The position numbers were made by a program, and so were the translations under genes. A DNA stretch of 64,000 bases from a virus: the IMG/VR virus record IMGVR_UViG_3300042922_000661, positions 31,174 to 95,173 of that record. One strand, written 5' to 3'. Shown here piece after piece: positions 9,707-20,069 of the stretch. The notes under the pieces were generated by a model. That model was not told where the DNA came from. It was given only the letters and a program-made list of their open reading frames with translations, and did no database searches. How positions within the stretch are numbered: the first letter of the stretch is position 1; each line of letters starts with the position of its first letter.

Positions 9707-10775
9707 TGTTTAGGCCTTACAGGTTCTGACCAGTGGCGTTCGGTGCGCCCCGCAAGACATAAAACGCATGCTTGTGTTCGGTCGAAGTTAATCGGGCAAG
9801 TAAGGTACCGAATCGGCTGAGAATCCACCTCACTGCTTCGTCTCTACTAAGGATGCCACAACCACACAGGTGGTTTCATTGCCTTTCTTCCCATGCGTGA
9901 ATAATTTGCCGAAAAAAGTATCATTCTGATGTTTTTGGCTTTTCCTACAGCACAACTTTCCTGAAAGAGTTTTTTCAAAAGTCGGGTTGCAAAGGAGGTC
10001 ATGGGACGTATACTGGCGTTGAAAACGCATGCTTGTGTTTGCTGTTTTTAGCAAATCAGCAGTGGTGAAAATTGCCTGAGAACAATTTTCGCCTTCTGGA
10101 GAAATGCCTGAGAACATTTTTCTGGATTCAATAAAGCCGCCTACGGGCGGTTTTTTTGTATCTATAACAAGCATATCGCAACCACGCTTCCCGTTCATAG
10201 CCCTTGAAGGCAGAGCAATATTACTTTGGAAGCTACTACTCAAAATCTCATCCACCAGACGTTTTCGCGCCTGAGTCATATCGTAGGTTCAACACGCCAC
10301 ACGCCTCAAACACTATCGCTTCTATTGTGAGTGTTAATACACAAAGCAAAGCAACCTTCTGACGCATTCTACCACGCTGGCTTGCGTGACTCACAATTTT
10401 GAGATGCACGCTTACAGCAAGAATATGTTGGCAATTTCTACATCTTACCTGTGTTTTTTTACAGCTTTCAACTCCATGCAATGAATAGCCTCGCACACCG
10501 TGCATGCCCTTCATACCGTGGCTTAGCCAGAATCATAGATGTAAAGATTCCCGCTTAACAAGCACACCCTGGTAAGGGTTGTATGATTTGTATTTGCGCA
10601 ACAACTGTAAAGCCAGCAACGCTGGGCCTTGTAGCCCGAAAAAATTTTTTGTAAATGTCACTGGCCAGAAAAAGGGCTTAAAAAGCCCCTAATGATTAGC
10701 CTTGAGGAAGGTAGCGCAAGCTATGAGAGCATGACTTGCGCAGGCAAAGATAAAATGCGGGATGATGGCGGGTTC

Positions 10776-10991
10776 TTAGATATTGTGCTTCAGCAGAGCG
10801 AAGAGCATTGGCCTGCTATCAATGGTGTTTCCCTTCAGGTCTTTACATACCCAATTCTTTTTCAAGAACGTGATATAGCAATCTGTACGGTTTATGCGTA
10901 AGGGTTCGGTTCTACCCGCTTCTACAAAGCCTTTTGCCTTCCAAATGCCGCGCATCTTATCCAATTCGATCTGCTTCAAACCTAATTTCAT
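10776..10991 (-). CDS. Hypothetical protein (71 aa)
   Basis: Short ORF divergent from umuD with protein-like composition. Confidence 0.4.
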   Translation of the reverse strand: MKLGLKQIELDKMRGIWKAKGFVEAGRTEPLRINRTDCYITFLKKNWVCKDLKGNTIDSRPMLFALLKHNI

Positions 10992-11075
10992 AGTGGTGAA
11001 ATTAATAAAATTTTAGAATGTACTTATTCTTATATGAAATCGCCCACTGGTCAATTCCATACTTCTAATCTTATA

Positions 11076-11091
11076 CTGTATTTTTGTACAG
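11076..11091. promoter_or_regulatory. LexA (SOS) box
   Basis: CTGTATTTTTGTACAG (CTG-N10-CAG), 16 bp upstream of umuD. Confidence 0.9.
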
Positions 11092-11106
11092 TAATAGGGA
11101 GGGGCT

Positions 11107-11550
11107 ATGATGCGATTAGAAGTGATAGCAATACCGGACGAAGCCGCGCCACGACAGGCTTTTAAACAATTTCTCGAAACGGTTGCAGCAGGCTTCCCGT
11201 CTCCGGCCATTGGATATGAAGACACACCCCTGGACCTAAATGATTATTGTGTCCGGGCCAAAACGGCGACTTATTTCGTGCGATGTGAGGGTGAGTCGAT
11301 GATAGGGGCCGGTATTTTTGACGGTGATTTGCTGGTGGTGGATAAATCGAAGGCAGCGGCAGACGGGCAGATCGTAATTGCCTCAGTAGACGGAGAATTT
11401 ACGGTAAAAAAGCTGCAGCTTAGGCCGGTGCCGATGCTGCTGGCCATGAACCCGCGCTATAAGCCGATCCCTATCGAGCCTGATTTACTGGAAATTTGGG
11501 GGGTGGTTACTTATGTGATCCACCGTACTGACAATGTTCCTGCACAGTGA
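11107..11550 (+). CDS. umuD: DNA polymerase V subunit UmuD (self-cleaving)
   Basis: AG|FPSPA cleavage region, GESM catalytic Ser, FTVKKL catalytic Lys. Confidence 0.92.
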   Translation: MMRLEVIAIPDEAAPRQAFKQFLETVAAGFPSPAIGYEDTPLDLNDYCVRAKTATYFVRCEGESMIGAGIFDGDLLVVDKSKAAADGQIVIASVDGEFTVKKLQLRPVPMLLAMNPRYKPIPIEPDLLEIWGVVTYVIHRTDNVPAQ

Positions 11551-12799
11551 CGTTAACGCCTTCTACGTTTCGGCGGAGCTGGCATTTAGGCCGGACCTTT
11601 ACGGGCGTCCTGTCGTCGTGGCGACGAACAACGATGGCTGTATTGCGGCACTGAACCGCGAGGCTAATTACGTGGGCCTGAAGCGGGGCGATCCACTGTT
11701 TAAAATTCGAGACACCATCCGGCGCTATAATGTGGTGGTATTCAGCAGCAACTACACGCTGTACGACTCATTCAGTAAGCGTTTCCATACGATTGTGGGT
11801 GAGTATGTCCCTAACCTGGAAGCGTACTCAATTGACGAGGTGTTTGGCTCACTGGACGGCATGGAGAAGCTGGTGGACTTCCAGACATTCGGGGAAGAGA
11901 TCAGGCGCACCGTCATCCAGCACACCACGATGAAGTGTGGCATAGGGATAGCGGAGACCAAGACGCTCTGTAAGGTTGCCACGCACGCGGCAAAGACCTG
12001 GCCTAAAACAGGCGGCGTAGTGGTGCTGACCGATCCGGTGCGGCGCGATAAGCTGCTGTCGCTGCTGGACGTCTCAGAGACGTGGGGTGTCGGCAGAAAG
12101 ATTGGTGCCAGGCTGCAACTGATGAACATCAAGACGATGCTCGACCTTGCCCGTGCCGACACAACCATGATCCGTAAAAACTTCAACGTGATGCTGGAGC
12201 GCACCGTCCGGGAGCTGCGCGGTGAGCGTTGTTTCGAGCTCGAAGAGAACCCGCCCACCAAACAGCAGATTGTCGTAAGCCGTTCATTCGGCAAACGGCT
12301 CACCAGCCTGGATGAAGTGAGCAACGCTGTTTGCTTCTTTGCCACCAGCGCCGGTGAAAAGCTGCGGCGTGAAAAGCAGTATTGCCGGAACATAACGGTA
12401 TTCATCCAGACCAGCAAACATGACTCGCGTCACCCGTATTACTCACGCGGGGCCAGCCACTCGTTTACCACGGCCACACAGGACACGCGTGATCTGATTG
12501 ATGCCGCCGTGCGCGGCCTCAGAGCTATCTGGCGCAATGGCTACGAGTATGCAAAGGCTGGCGTGATGTTGGGGGAGTTCTGCGGCTCGGAGCAGCAGCT
12601 GAACCTGTTTGACGAGGCTCCGCCGCGTCCAGGCAGCGATAAACTGATGGAGTTGATGGATAAGCTGAACAGCTACCAGCGCGGCACGCTATTTATCGCC
12701 GGTCAGGGCGTTAATCCGGCCTATCAGATGAAGCGGGAAATGTTATCTCCGCGCTATCTGACGCGTTGGGAAGAGCTACCTATTGTCAAAATGAAGTGA
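11534..12799 (+). CDS. umuC: DNA polymerase V catalytic subunit UmuC
   Basis: DVNAFYVS, NNDGC, YSIDE, SRSFG and LSPRYLT motifs. Confidence 0.93.
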   Translation: MFLHSDVNAFYVSAELAFRPDLYGRPVVVATNNDGCIAALNREANYVGLKRGDPLFKIRDTIRRYNVVVFSSNYTLYDSFSKRFHTIVGEYVPNLEAYSIDEVFGSLDGMEKLVDFQTFGEEIRRTVIQHTTMKCGIGIAETKTLCKVATHAAKTWPKTGGVVVLTDPVRRDKLLSLLDVSETWGVGRKIGARLQLMNIKTMLDLARADTTMIRKNFNVMLERTVRELRGERCFELEENPPTKQQIVVSRSFGKRLTSLDEVSNAVCFFATSAGEKLRREKQYCRNITVFIQTSKHDSRHPYYSRGASHSFTTATQDTRDLIDAAVRGLRAIWRNGYEYAKAGVMLGEFCGSEQQLNLFDEAPPRPGSDKLMELMDKLNSYQRGTLFIAGQGVNPAYQMKREMLSPRYLTRWEELPIVKMK

Positions 12800-12860
12800 G
12801 TGAACGCTGGTGGTGAACGATAAACATCTAAAATGAACGAAATTTAGATACTGGCTATAA

Positions 12861-13580
12861 TTAAAGCTTAGAAAGCTCTTCAATCAATTGTGGGTTCTTT
12901 GACATGAATGTTATATATGATTTTCCCATTGACGTGAGTTTGAAAAAATTATCTTCTTCATAAATAAGCCCATTACTAACTGGATACGCAATATATGTTA
13001 TCCAATCCCAGTCAGCAAAAGCTTTGGCATTTTCATTTTTTATTTTATCGAAATGAGTAATTATATCTTCCTTGCTAATGCAACCACCAATAATTTTTAT
13101 TTTAAAGAATAAATCATATTGTGAGCGGAATAAAACTTTGTTTACATCAAGGTATTTTATAGTGCTTTGATAAAGCGATACTTCACGTGACAAGATATCG
13201 ATTTTTTCTTTATTATCAATATTCAGTGAAAGTGCGTGCTTTAATATTGATTGATATAATTCCTCACTGTATTCAGTTTTAAATCTATCATGTCTTTCTT
13301 TTATGGCTTCAGCGCTTAGATTTTCCGATAAGTACGCTGAGTTGGCGCTAGACATTTCTAATACTTTAGCCGACTCTTGTGCCGTTATAAACTTGGCCGA
13401 TAAGCCAGTTATCGTAGCGGATATCTCTGAAACCGTATTTTTTGTAAAAAAAGAACGAATTACATCAAAGATTCTAATTCGAAAGCTGAGTCCAATGAAA
13501 AGAGCAACAACAGGCCAAGCAATATTTTTCACAAGTTCAACGATCAGGTTTGGTGACCATTCACACACTGAAATCCCCAT
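12861..13580 (-). CDS. Hypothetical AT-rich membrane protein
   Basis: N-terminal TM segment (IAWPVVALFIGLSF); wHTH-like C-terminus; AGGAG RBS before the ATG at 13580. Confidence 0.6.
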   Translation of the reverse strand: MGISVCEWSPNLIVELVKNIAWPVVALFIGLSFRIRIFDVIRSFFTKNTVSEISATITGLSAKFITAQESAKVLEMSSANSAYLSENLSAEAIKERHDRFKTEYSEELYQSILKHALSLNIDNKEKIDILSREVSLYQSTIKYLDVNKVLFRSQYDLFFKIKIIGGCISKEDIITHFDKIKNENAKAFADWDWITYIAYPVSNGLIYEEDNFFKLTSMGKSYITFMSKNPQLIEELSKL

Positions 13581-13873
13581 TGGTACTCCTGTTAAAATTT
13601 TTATCAAAAGCAATGCGCACGTTCAAAGTCGATTCTTTCGTTGCTTCACTTTTGGGGAAGCAGTTTTACATCTGAAAGTTTTGTATGCATGTTGTTGATT
13701 CTAAGCTAATTAATAAAAAATAATTTTCAACAGAGCACTACCTGCTATGAATGAAAGCAGGCAGTTAATGAATGAAAATTAAAAATCTATGGCTAAAATT
13801 AAATTAATTTAATCCACCTCTAATTATGATGAGGTGCAAAACGAAATTAATTTAAATACTGGCATATATGAAC

Positions 13874-14635
13874 CTAGCTCCTTAATCTAGCTGAAACAAC
13901 TTTTTGATAAGAAGATATTGCTTCATCTACAATGGCTAATGGATAGAGGCTTTTAATAGGTGAGCCAGATGGGCATGGCACTTTTTCTGAACCATGTTCA
14001 CTACGCAACTTTTCGCACCATAACCAAATTTCATATTCTGAAAGATCTTGAAGTTTTAGTTCGATCAATCGATCAGTAACATTACTAAAATTGGATAAAT
14101 CGCGAAGGCTTGATAAAGAATTAACCTTTGCTTCAACTTCATTAACTCTACTTTCCAGTGCTTCACGCTTTTCAATTTCCATAACTAAAGCTTGAACTGT
14201 TTGTTGTAGCGAGTTTGCGAAGGCACTAAGTTCTGATCGTTCTTTTCTAATAGGTGCTGGATAAATACCAAACTCACGGATTGCTGGCAAAACACTATGG
14301 AAAAGCCAACGTTGAAATTTTTTACCAGCAGGTGTCGTATCTTGTGCGAGAACACGATAAAGACCAGGTTCTGTAAGAAAAACTTCAGAAGTTTTATTTC
14401 CATCAATAACTAAAGGGATATTCTTAAGCTCATCAGAATCTAATGTTTTAATCACAGCTTGGAGGACTACAGCCATGTTGGCTGTGCTTTTTCCCTCTAT
14501 TTTGCGATTTTCAGCAGCAAGAGTTCTAAGCACGTCTGATAAAGAAACTAAAAGCCCTTCTTGATCGTTCATGCTTCGAATGTAACTTTCGCCGCACTCG
14601 CCCTCATAGCAAAGCTGCAATAGATTTTTGTTCAT
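13874..14635 (-). CDS. BRO-N domain protein
   Basis: FLTEPGLYRVL...GKKFQRWLFHSVLPAIREFGIY is the BRO-N signature; coiled coil follows. Confidence 0.8.
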   Translation of the reverse strand: MNKNLLQLCYEGECGESYIRSMNDQEGLLVSLSDVLRTLAAENRKIEGKSTANMAVVLQAVIKTLDSDELKNIPLVIDGNKTSEVFLTEPGLYRVLAQDTTPAGKKFQRWLFHSVLPAIREFGIYPAPIRKERSELSAFANSLQQTVQALVMEIEKREALESRVNEVEAKVNSLSSLRDLSNFSNVTDRLIELKLQDLSEYEIWLWCEKLRSEHGSEKVPCPSGSPIKSLYPLAIVDEAISSYQKVVSARLRS

Positions 14636-14895
14636 ACATTCCCCTTATATTTTTTACAATTATACATTGGGTTTACATGTTGTCATTGATATCTTTCTTG
14701 ATTTATTTCTAGGGGGATTGCACTCTTTTAACTAAAACAGACGTAGCCGATGCACTGAACACCATGCCAAGCTACGATCCTAATTAGGAATAGGAGACCA
14801 TATGCGAAGCGTGTCAGCTGGTTACGAGCATGGCTTACCAGTATCACTGATGAAGTGCGATCATCTGGTGCGCAACCAGCAACACAAAAGTAATA

Positions 14896-15453
14896 TCAGG
14901 CGTGAGCAGCGCGGCGACGTTCGATCAGTCTGGTGGCGATAGACTCGACTTCCGCAAAGTCTTTTGAAGCACTGGCTCTTAGTGCCAGATTCCACTTGCT
15001 GAGGGTACGGGCGTTAACAGCCAGTTCACTGCCTGCTTTGAGTCGTCCATTTTCTGCCAGCCATTCAGCAACGTCAGCCCAATCCCAAAGCGGCGACTGA
15101 CCTTTGATGCGCTGGATAGGGCAAGGGAAATCACCGTTACCGCGCTTGCCGTCTTTCAGCATAGCGATGGCCTGGCGGGACATTTCCGTGATATCTGCAA
15201 TGTCACTTAACCCGACTAATGCAGAATCTACAGACGCTACTGTAGCGCCGATACCGGCAGACTCCACGTTATCAATTGCTGATGCAATAGCGTCGTCCAG
15301 TGAGTCAGCTTCACGGTCAAATTCTAAGTAAACAGAGTGACCATATGCGCAAATCAACGCATCGTCACAGCCGCTTTCGAACAGCGCATCTTCCAGTCCT
15401 TCGGTCTCATACGTTACGCCTGAGAGTGTCAGAGTGAAGTTATAAAGCGCCAT
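14896..15453 (-). CDS. HicB-like antitoxin with AlpA-type HTH
   Basis: READSLDDAIASA (HicB-like), then LVGLSDIA...DFPCP...PLWDWADV (AlpA HTH). Confidence 0.65.
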   Translation of the reverse strand: MALYNFTLTLSGVTYETEGLEDALFESGCDDALICAYGHSVYLEFDREADSLDDAIASAIDNVESAGIGATVASVDSALVGLSDIADITEMSRQAIAMLKDGKRGNGDFPCPIQRIKGQSPLWDWADVAEWLAENGRLKAGSELAVNARTLSKWNLALRASASKDFAEVESIATRLIERRRAAHA

Positions 15454-15535
15454 AGTACCTCTTCGTTTTTATATGGTTTTACGATGTTTTATGACTCGGT
15501 AAGAAGTGGCGTTAACCACTCCTTACCGGGCAAAA

Positions 15536-15760
15536 TCAAGGGCAGTGACCTACCTTCCGCTTGATTTGCTTGGCGTGGTTCTCCGGACTTCGTGGAGTAG
15601 ACCACACACTCATATGATGATCTCGGTGCTCATCTTCTGGATTACCACAACGCAGCTTGCAAAAGCAGTGGGCTGAATCGCCCGGTGGAACCCAAACCCA
15701 GCCATGCTCTAACGCATAATCAATGGCTGCTTGAATATGCTTGTTCGGATGTTTCTTCAT
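15536..15760 (-). CDS. HicA-like toxin
   Basis: 74 aa basic protein; ALEHGW...SAH...SVWSTP; directly upstream of the HicB-like gene. Confidence 0.6.
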   Translation of the reverse strand: MKKHPNKHIQAAIDYALEHGWVWVPPGDSAHCFCKLRCGNPEDEHRDHHMSVWSTPRSPENHAKQIKRKVGHCP

Positions 15761-15792
15761 TCGCCTCCGAGTAATACTATTCTATTCTCTGT

Positions 15793-15808
15793 GTTGACAA
15801 TCGTCAAC
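15793..15808. promoter_or_regulatory. Palindromic operator upstream of the HicAB-like pair
   Basis: GTTGAC-AATC-GTCAAC. Confidence 0.55.
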
Positions 15809-15911
15809 GCTGAATGAAATTCATCCGTTGATGCCCGCACCCCTAACTACTTGGTCAGGTACTGTCTACGGCCAGCCCGGACTAAAGATAAGATAATCTA
15901 TTTTGCTTGTA

Positions 15912-15940
15912 TTGACAAACAAAATCACTAACTGTATATT
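15912..15940 (+). promoter_or_regulatory. Sigma70 promoter
   Basis: TTGACA-17-TATATT. Confidence 0.75.
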
Positions 15941-16003
15941 GCACTTCATGGCGCTGCTTTAGCGTCACCGCCCTGGCGGCTCCAGGCACTAAGGAATAAT
16001 TTC

Positions 16004-16684
16004 ATGTCTATCTCTTCAATGACCGCTACCGCTGCTATCCAGCACATGTCTTACACCCTCACTGGCCTGATCGAGCAGAGCAATAAGCCTGGTTTTGTCT
16101 CAGCTGAAGCCTATGCGGATATCAAAACCAATTACGAGCTGATTGCCACCAGTTGCACCGACCTGGCGACCGTTGTCTGGCTGCGTAACCACCTCTGCTT
16201 TGGCTACATTGGCGATGAATGCACCTTTGAAGAGATCAACCTGGGCTACCTTGACCACTTCAACTTCATCCTTAAATCAGGCTGGCGTCCAGGCACCGCA
16301 CCAGCGCACAAGGTGACGCTTAACAACATGTTTGAGCTGGACTGGTGGGAACCTCAACAGATCGCGGTGACAGCGCACACTGCTGATACCGTTACCGGCA
16401 CAGCCACCATGACAGATACCGAAGGCGAATATCAGATAGCCTTTGAATGGCAGATGCAGATGGGGGAAAAGGCAGAGCAATATAACCTGCCATTCATGGT
16501 AAACATTACGACAGCGCGGTTTACGCTGCCATATGAGTTCTCACTGTATGAGTGCGATGGAAGCCCGCTCGATGCACTGGAAGCCATTCAGGAAATGGAT
16601 TGCGCCCTGGGATTTTGCATCGAGTTTTTCACCGATGTTTACAACAAATATGCCCCGGCAGAAGGGGCAGTTAACCGAGGCTAA
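16004..16684 (+). CDS. Hypothetical protein
   Basis: 226 aa, TAAGGA RBS, downstream of the strong promoter. Confidence 0.65.
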   Translation: MSISSMTATAAIQHMSYTLTGLIEQSNKPGFVSAEAYADIKTNYELIATSCTDLATVVWLRNHLCFGYIGDECTFEEINLGYLDHFNFILKSGWRPGTAPAHKVTLNNMFELDWWEPQQIAVTAHTADTVTGTATMTDTEGEYQIAFEWQMQMGEKAEQYNLPFMVNITTARFTLPYEFSLYECDGSPLDALEAIQEMDCALGFCIEFFTDVYNKYAPAEGAVNRG

Positions 16685-16686
16685 TT

Positions 16687-16911
16687 ATGACCGATAAAGC
16701 ACGCGATCCACGGGCTTTAAACTCAGTTAAACGAGCCGCCCCCGCGACGGCTCAGATTCAGATGCGTGTTGTTCCTGAAGTTAAAAACCGCTATGTCGTG
16801 CAGGCACGGCGGGAAGGGATGAAGCTGTCAGAGTGGATTCAGCATCACCTTGATGCGGTTTGCCAGTCGGCAGGTGACGCAAAGCTACAGGACAAGAACA
16901 CCAGTGATTAA
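16687..16911 (+). CDS. Ribbon-helix-helix DNA-binding protein
   Basis: QIQMRVVPEVKNRYVVQARREGMKLSEWI. Confidence 0.65.
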   Translation: MTDKARDPRALNSVKRAAPATAQIQMRVVPEVKNRYVVQARREGMKLSEWIQHHLDAVCQSAGDAKLQDKNTSD

Positions 16912-17212
16912 ACAGGAAATCAGGGCGCTGTTTTTGGCGCACGGCTTCAAAATGCAGCAGCAGCCTGATGGAAGTACAGATTTAGATCCCGCTTGCTACA
17001 GCATCGCTCAGGCGCTTGCAGAGCGATTCAGTGATATTTACGGGCAACCGGCAGGAATTGTTGAGATCGCCGCTGCTGGTGGCGCAGAGGCACGCAAAAT
17101 GCCGCGGTTTCACGATAAGGCTGCGAGTATTGAGTTTCCGACCTACATCATTCGCCAGCCATCGCAAACCCCCGCGCTGGCCACCAGCAATAAGCAGGCA
17201 TCCGGGCGCTGA
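16904..17212 (+). CDS. Hypothetical phage protein
   Basis: GTG start overlapping the previous gene; IRALFLAHGFKMQQQPDGSTDL. Confidence 0.55.
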   Translation: MIKQEIRALFLAHGFKMQQQPDGSTDLDPACYSIAQALAERFSDIYGQPAGIVEIAAAGGAEARKMPRFHDKAASIEFPTYIIRQPSQTPALATSNKQASGR

Positions 17213-17574
17213 TGGACGACCGGCTAAGACAATATGGCTGGCACTCATTTGAGAACTGGCCGGAGAGTGAAGTACACGACTATCTCACCACTAAATGCGG
17301 CATAATCCATGCCCGCCAGTTACCGGACGGAAGCTGGGCTGGTCTTATGCAGCTGCTGTACACGCTAAGTGTCTGTATGGGTATCAGCCCTACAGACTCT
17401 TATCAGTATCGCTGGTGTTTTGAAGATCCGGCTGAGGCAGTTCACCTGTATAAAACCGCCGTGGAGTTTGACGAGATACCGGATCGCCGGGATTCACTGG
17501 TGGGGCATCGGCACAGCACCGGCACTCCGCTTTACGTAGAGTTTGATCAGCTGGGCCTGCCAAAATGGCGTTAA
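17212..17574 (+). CDS. Hypothetical protein
   Basis: 120 aa, TGATG coupling to the previous gene. Confidence 0.6.
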   Translation: MDDRLRQYGWHSFENWPESEVHDYLTTKCGIIHARQLPDGSWAGLMQLLYTLSVCMGISPTDSYQYRWCFEDPAEAVHLYKTAVEFDEIPDRRDSLVGHRHSTGTPLYVEFDQLGLPKWR

Positions 17575-17649
17575 GACTTCTCATAGACTGACCACCAGCT
17601 ATCCGGCTGGTGGCCGGTTATCAATTTAAGCAATTCAGAACGACAGAAA

Positions 17650-18075
17650 ATGGAAATCAGGATTAAATGCCCGCACTGCGGATCGGGAAGCGTTAAGAGC
17701 AGCAGGGCGGTCTATGAGCAGGGAACCTTAAACACGCACAGCGTCAGCCACACAGGATGGATATCGAATCGCGGATCGGGTGGCAACAGGCGGCAGGGCA
17801 AATCAACGCGCCAGTCGGTTGCTGCTTCACGCAATGCGCCAGCTGGCCGCAAGCTTGAGTGGCTTACATTCGTCGCCTCATTTGTGCTGTCTAGCTGGCT
17901 GATACTCGATATACCGGCAACTACAGTTACTGGATCGGTAATAGCAGGCGTAATCATTGCATTGCTGATAACCGCGCTGGTGGCGCACCTCAACCGGCAC
18001 AACCGGCGCAGAGCACGGGAGAATTACCACAGGCAATGGTATTGCATTAAGTGTGGTAATAATTTCATTCACTGA
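17650..18075 (+). CDS. Membrane protein with split Zn ribbon
   Basis: CPHC at the N-terminus, two TM helices, CIKC at the C-terminus. Confidence 0.65.
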   Translation: MEIRIKCPHCGSGSVKSSRAVYEQGTLNTHSVSHTGWISNRGSGGNRRQGKSTRQSVAASRNAPAGRKLEWLTFVASFVLSSWLILDIPATTVTGSVIAGVIIALLITALVAHLNRHNRRRARENYHRQWYCIKCGNNFIH

Positions 18076-18100
18076 GAATGGTAGTTAGTTTTCTTTAAAA

Positions 18101-18901
18101 ATGAAGGCAATTAAGAAGGGGAGTATTGTGCTTTATAAATACATAGGAAATAAAGACCCTGTTAAGACAGTTGATTATCTTAAGCGGTTTGTAAAAGATG
18201 GTACGATTAAAGCTACTATTCCAATTGAGTTTAATGATCCCGCTGAATTTAAAGTTAAGTTTGAGTTTGATGCTACTGAACAGGAGAAAGCAAACAGATT
18301 TTGTCAACTCTGGCCTAATCATATTGAAGAATGTGATGATTGGGTAAGAAATAGAACCGCGCACGCTGAGTCCTATGATTCCTTGCTGTTACGTGCAGGG
18401 CTTCTGCGTAAAGCCGGGGTTATATGCCTAACTCTAAATCCATCTGATTTCTTGATGTGGTCACATTATGCTCATTCTCACACTGGTTTTTGTATTGGAT
18501 TTCATGCGACATTGTTAAATGATTTGGTTTCAAGAGATTGTGTTGGTTATGACTATGTTATATATACAAAAGAACCGGCAACGGTGAATTTCTATAAAGC
18601 GAGTGAAGAAGAAATTGGGCGAGCTATATTTTCGCACAAAAGCCCTGTGTGGGAATATGAAAAGGAGTATCGCTTAATATTCGAAAATTCTGGCGTCAGG
18701 AAATTCGACACTTCATCAATAAAAGAGGTTGTAATTGGTTGTCGAGCAAGTAAAGAATTAAGAGATTATGCCAGAGGTTTAGTTGGAACAGGGATTCGTA
18801 TCTTTGAAATGAGAGAATCACAACATGATTATGAGCAAGTAAAAATAGAATTGCTGGAAGATGGACGCGAGGTGCCCGTTGTCATAACAAGCGCCTTATG
18901 A
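18101..18901 (+). CDS. DUF2971-family protein
   Basis: LYKY, FNDP, LMWSHYAHSHTGFCIGF and KSPVWEYEKEYR motifs; AT-rich. Confidence 0.8.
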   Translation: MKAIKKGSIVLYKYIGNKDPVKTVDYLKRFVKDGTIKATIPIEFNDPAEFKVKFEFDATEQEKANRFCQLWPNHIEECDDWVRNRTAHAESYDSLLLRAGLLRKAGVICLTLNPSDFLMWSHYAHSHTGFCIGFHATLLNDLVSRDCVGYDYVIYTKEPATVNFYKASEEEIGRAIFSHKSPVWEYEKEYRLIFENSGVRKFDTSSIKEVVIGCRASKELRDYARGLVGTGIRIFEMRESQHDYEQVKIELLEDGREVPVVITSAL

Positions 18902-18995
18902 TTATTATCAGTTGTAGGAAAGTAAATGTTTTTGAGTTGTAGTCATGATAAAGCTGGTGGCCCTAACTTCGCCAGCACATTAGGAAATCCATAAA

Positions 18996-19025
18996 ATAAA
19001 ACCCGCATTGAGCGGGCTTTATTTT
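18996..19025. terminator. Bidirectional terminator
   Basis: ATAAAACCCGC-ATTGA-GCGGGCTTTATTTT between convergent genes. Confidence 0.65.
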
Positions 19026-19031
19026 GTGTGC

Positions 19032-19919
19032 TTAACGCTTTATGAAATCATCAAACCGGGCCTGATTAACCACTAGCCAGGCGGGCATGTATTCACGCGT
19101 AATTGGCCGGATAACCATCTTCCGCGGCCGGTTCCAGATATCAATATTCTGCTCAACACAGCGACGGATGTGATCCGGATTGTTGAACTCCGGAAGATTG
19201 TTCTCTGTGTGAGATATGGTCTCCATCTTCTCGCTGATCCGGGTGTCTGTCATTACCCATGAAAAGTGCCAGCCAGCGTCTTCAACTATCTTGGTGCGCA
19301 TCTTCAGCAGCTTCCAGCGCCACCAGCTATCCCTGATTGGCGTACCTCTGCGCTTAACGTTACGCAGCAGCTCTGGCTGGCCGTAGAAGAAGCCTTTCAG
19401 GTTTTTCATAGTGGTCATCTTTGGAAGTCGGCAAAGACGCGCAGAACCATCGTCATTAAGCACCTGGACGTTGAACTTATAGTTATAGAAATTCAGGTAA
19501 AGCGTAGTGCAGAGGTGACGTGGGCTGTACTGCTTCAGGGCTTCCGGGCGTGGGATTTCATCAACGTCCGATACCATGATGATATCGTCGTCCTGGGCGA
19601 AATTTAAGCCACGCATAATGGAGTTACGCGCTATCGTTTCGTTTTCCCACGGGTCTGACTCACCGGCTTTTACTACTGAACTGCCGGAAACGAACTCATT
19701 CTGATAAATGGTCGGTATCGAGTCATTAACGACGTAGATAATCTTGTCACGAAACGCCGCAAACTTTTCGATATCAAAGTTGAGTTTATCGCGGAGTTTG
19801 CCGGTAAAGGTGTAGAGGGATTCTACGATCACGAACCGATCAACATGCTCATAAAGCGTATTGAGGCGGAGCTCTAAAAGCATGTCTTCATCGTAGTACA
19901 GGAAACAGTCGTAAATCAT
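19032..19919 (-). CDS. Glycosyltransferase family 17 (beta-1,4-GlcNAc transferase-like)
   Basis: IYDCFLYYDE.MLLELRL, VDRFVIVES, SDVDEIP and GWHFSW motifs. Confidence 0.85.
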   Translation of the reverse strand: MIYDCFLYYDEDMLLELRLNTLYEHVDRFVIVESLYTFTGKLRDKLNFDIEKFAAFRDKIIYVVNDSIPTIYQNEFVSGSSVVKAGESDPWENETIARNSIMRGLNFAQDDDIIMVSDVDEIPRPEALKQYSPRHLCTTLYLNFYNYKFNVQVLNDDGSARLCRLPKMTTMKNLKGFFYGQPELLRNVKRRGTPIRDSWWRWKLLKMRTKIVEDAGWHFSWVMTDTRISEKMETISHTENNLPEFNNPDHIRRCVEQNIDIWNRPRKMVIRPITREYMPAWLVVNQARFDDFIKR

Positions 19920-20024
19920 TGGCGGGAAAACCTTTCTGGCATCATTTTTAAAAGCTATATGGCTGAATTGTACCGTATGCTTAAGCCAGTTTTTACAATT
20001 TCCTTACGATTTCCGTAAGTGCCA

Positions 20025-20049
20025 TAAAAAAGCCTGCCATGACAGGCTT
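20025..20049 (-). terminator. Intrinsic terminator of the bacteriocin genes
   Basis: AAGCCTGTCATGGCAGGCTTTTTT on the minus strand. Confidence 0.75.
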
Positions 20050-20069
20050 AACATAAACTCAGAATGACA

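Noticed and set aside
9830-10514. 149-aa and 88-aa ORFs
   Set aside because: No recognisable motifs or RBS, and the 149-aa frame runs through a terminator hairpin.
8749-12863. ACTGGCTAT(T)AATTA next to the stop codons of two AT-rich genes (~8749 and ~12850) as a cassette recombination site
   Set aside because: Only two short AT-rich copies, with no attC-like structure or integrase; may be chance.
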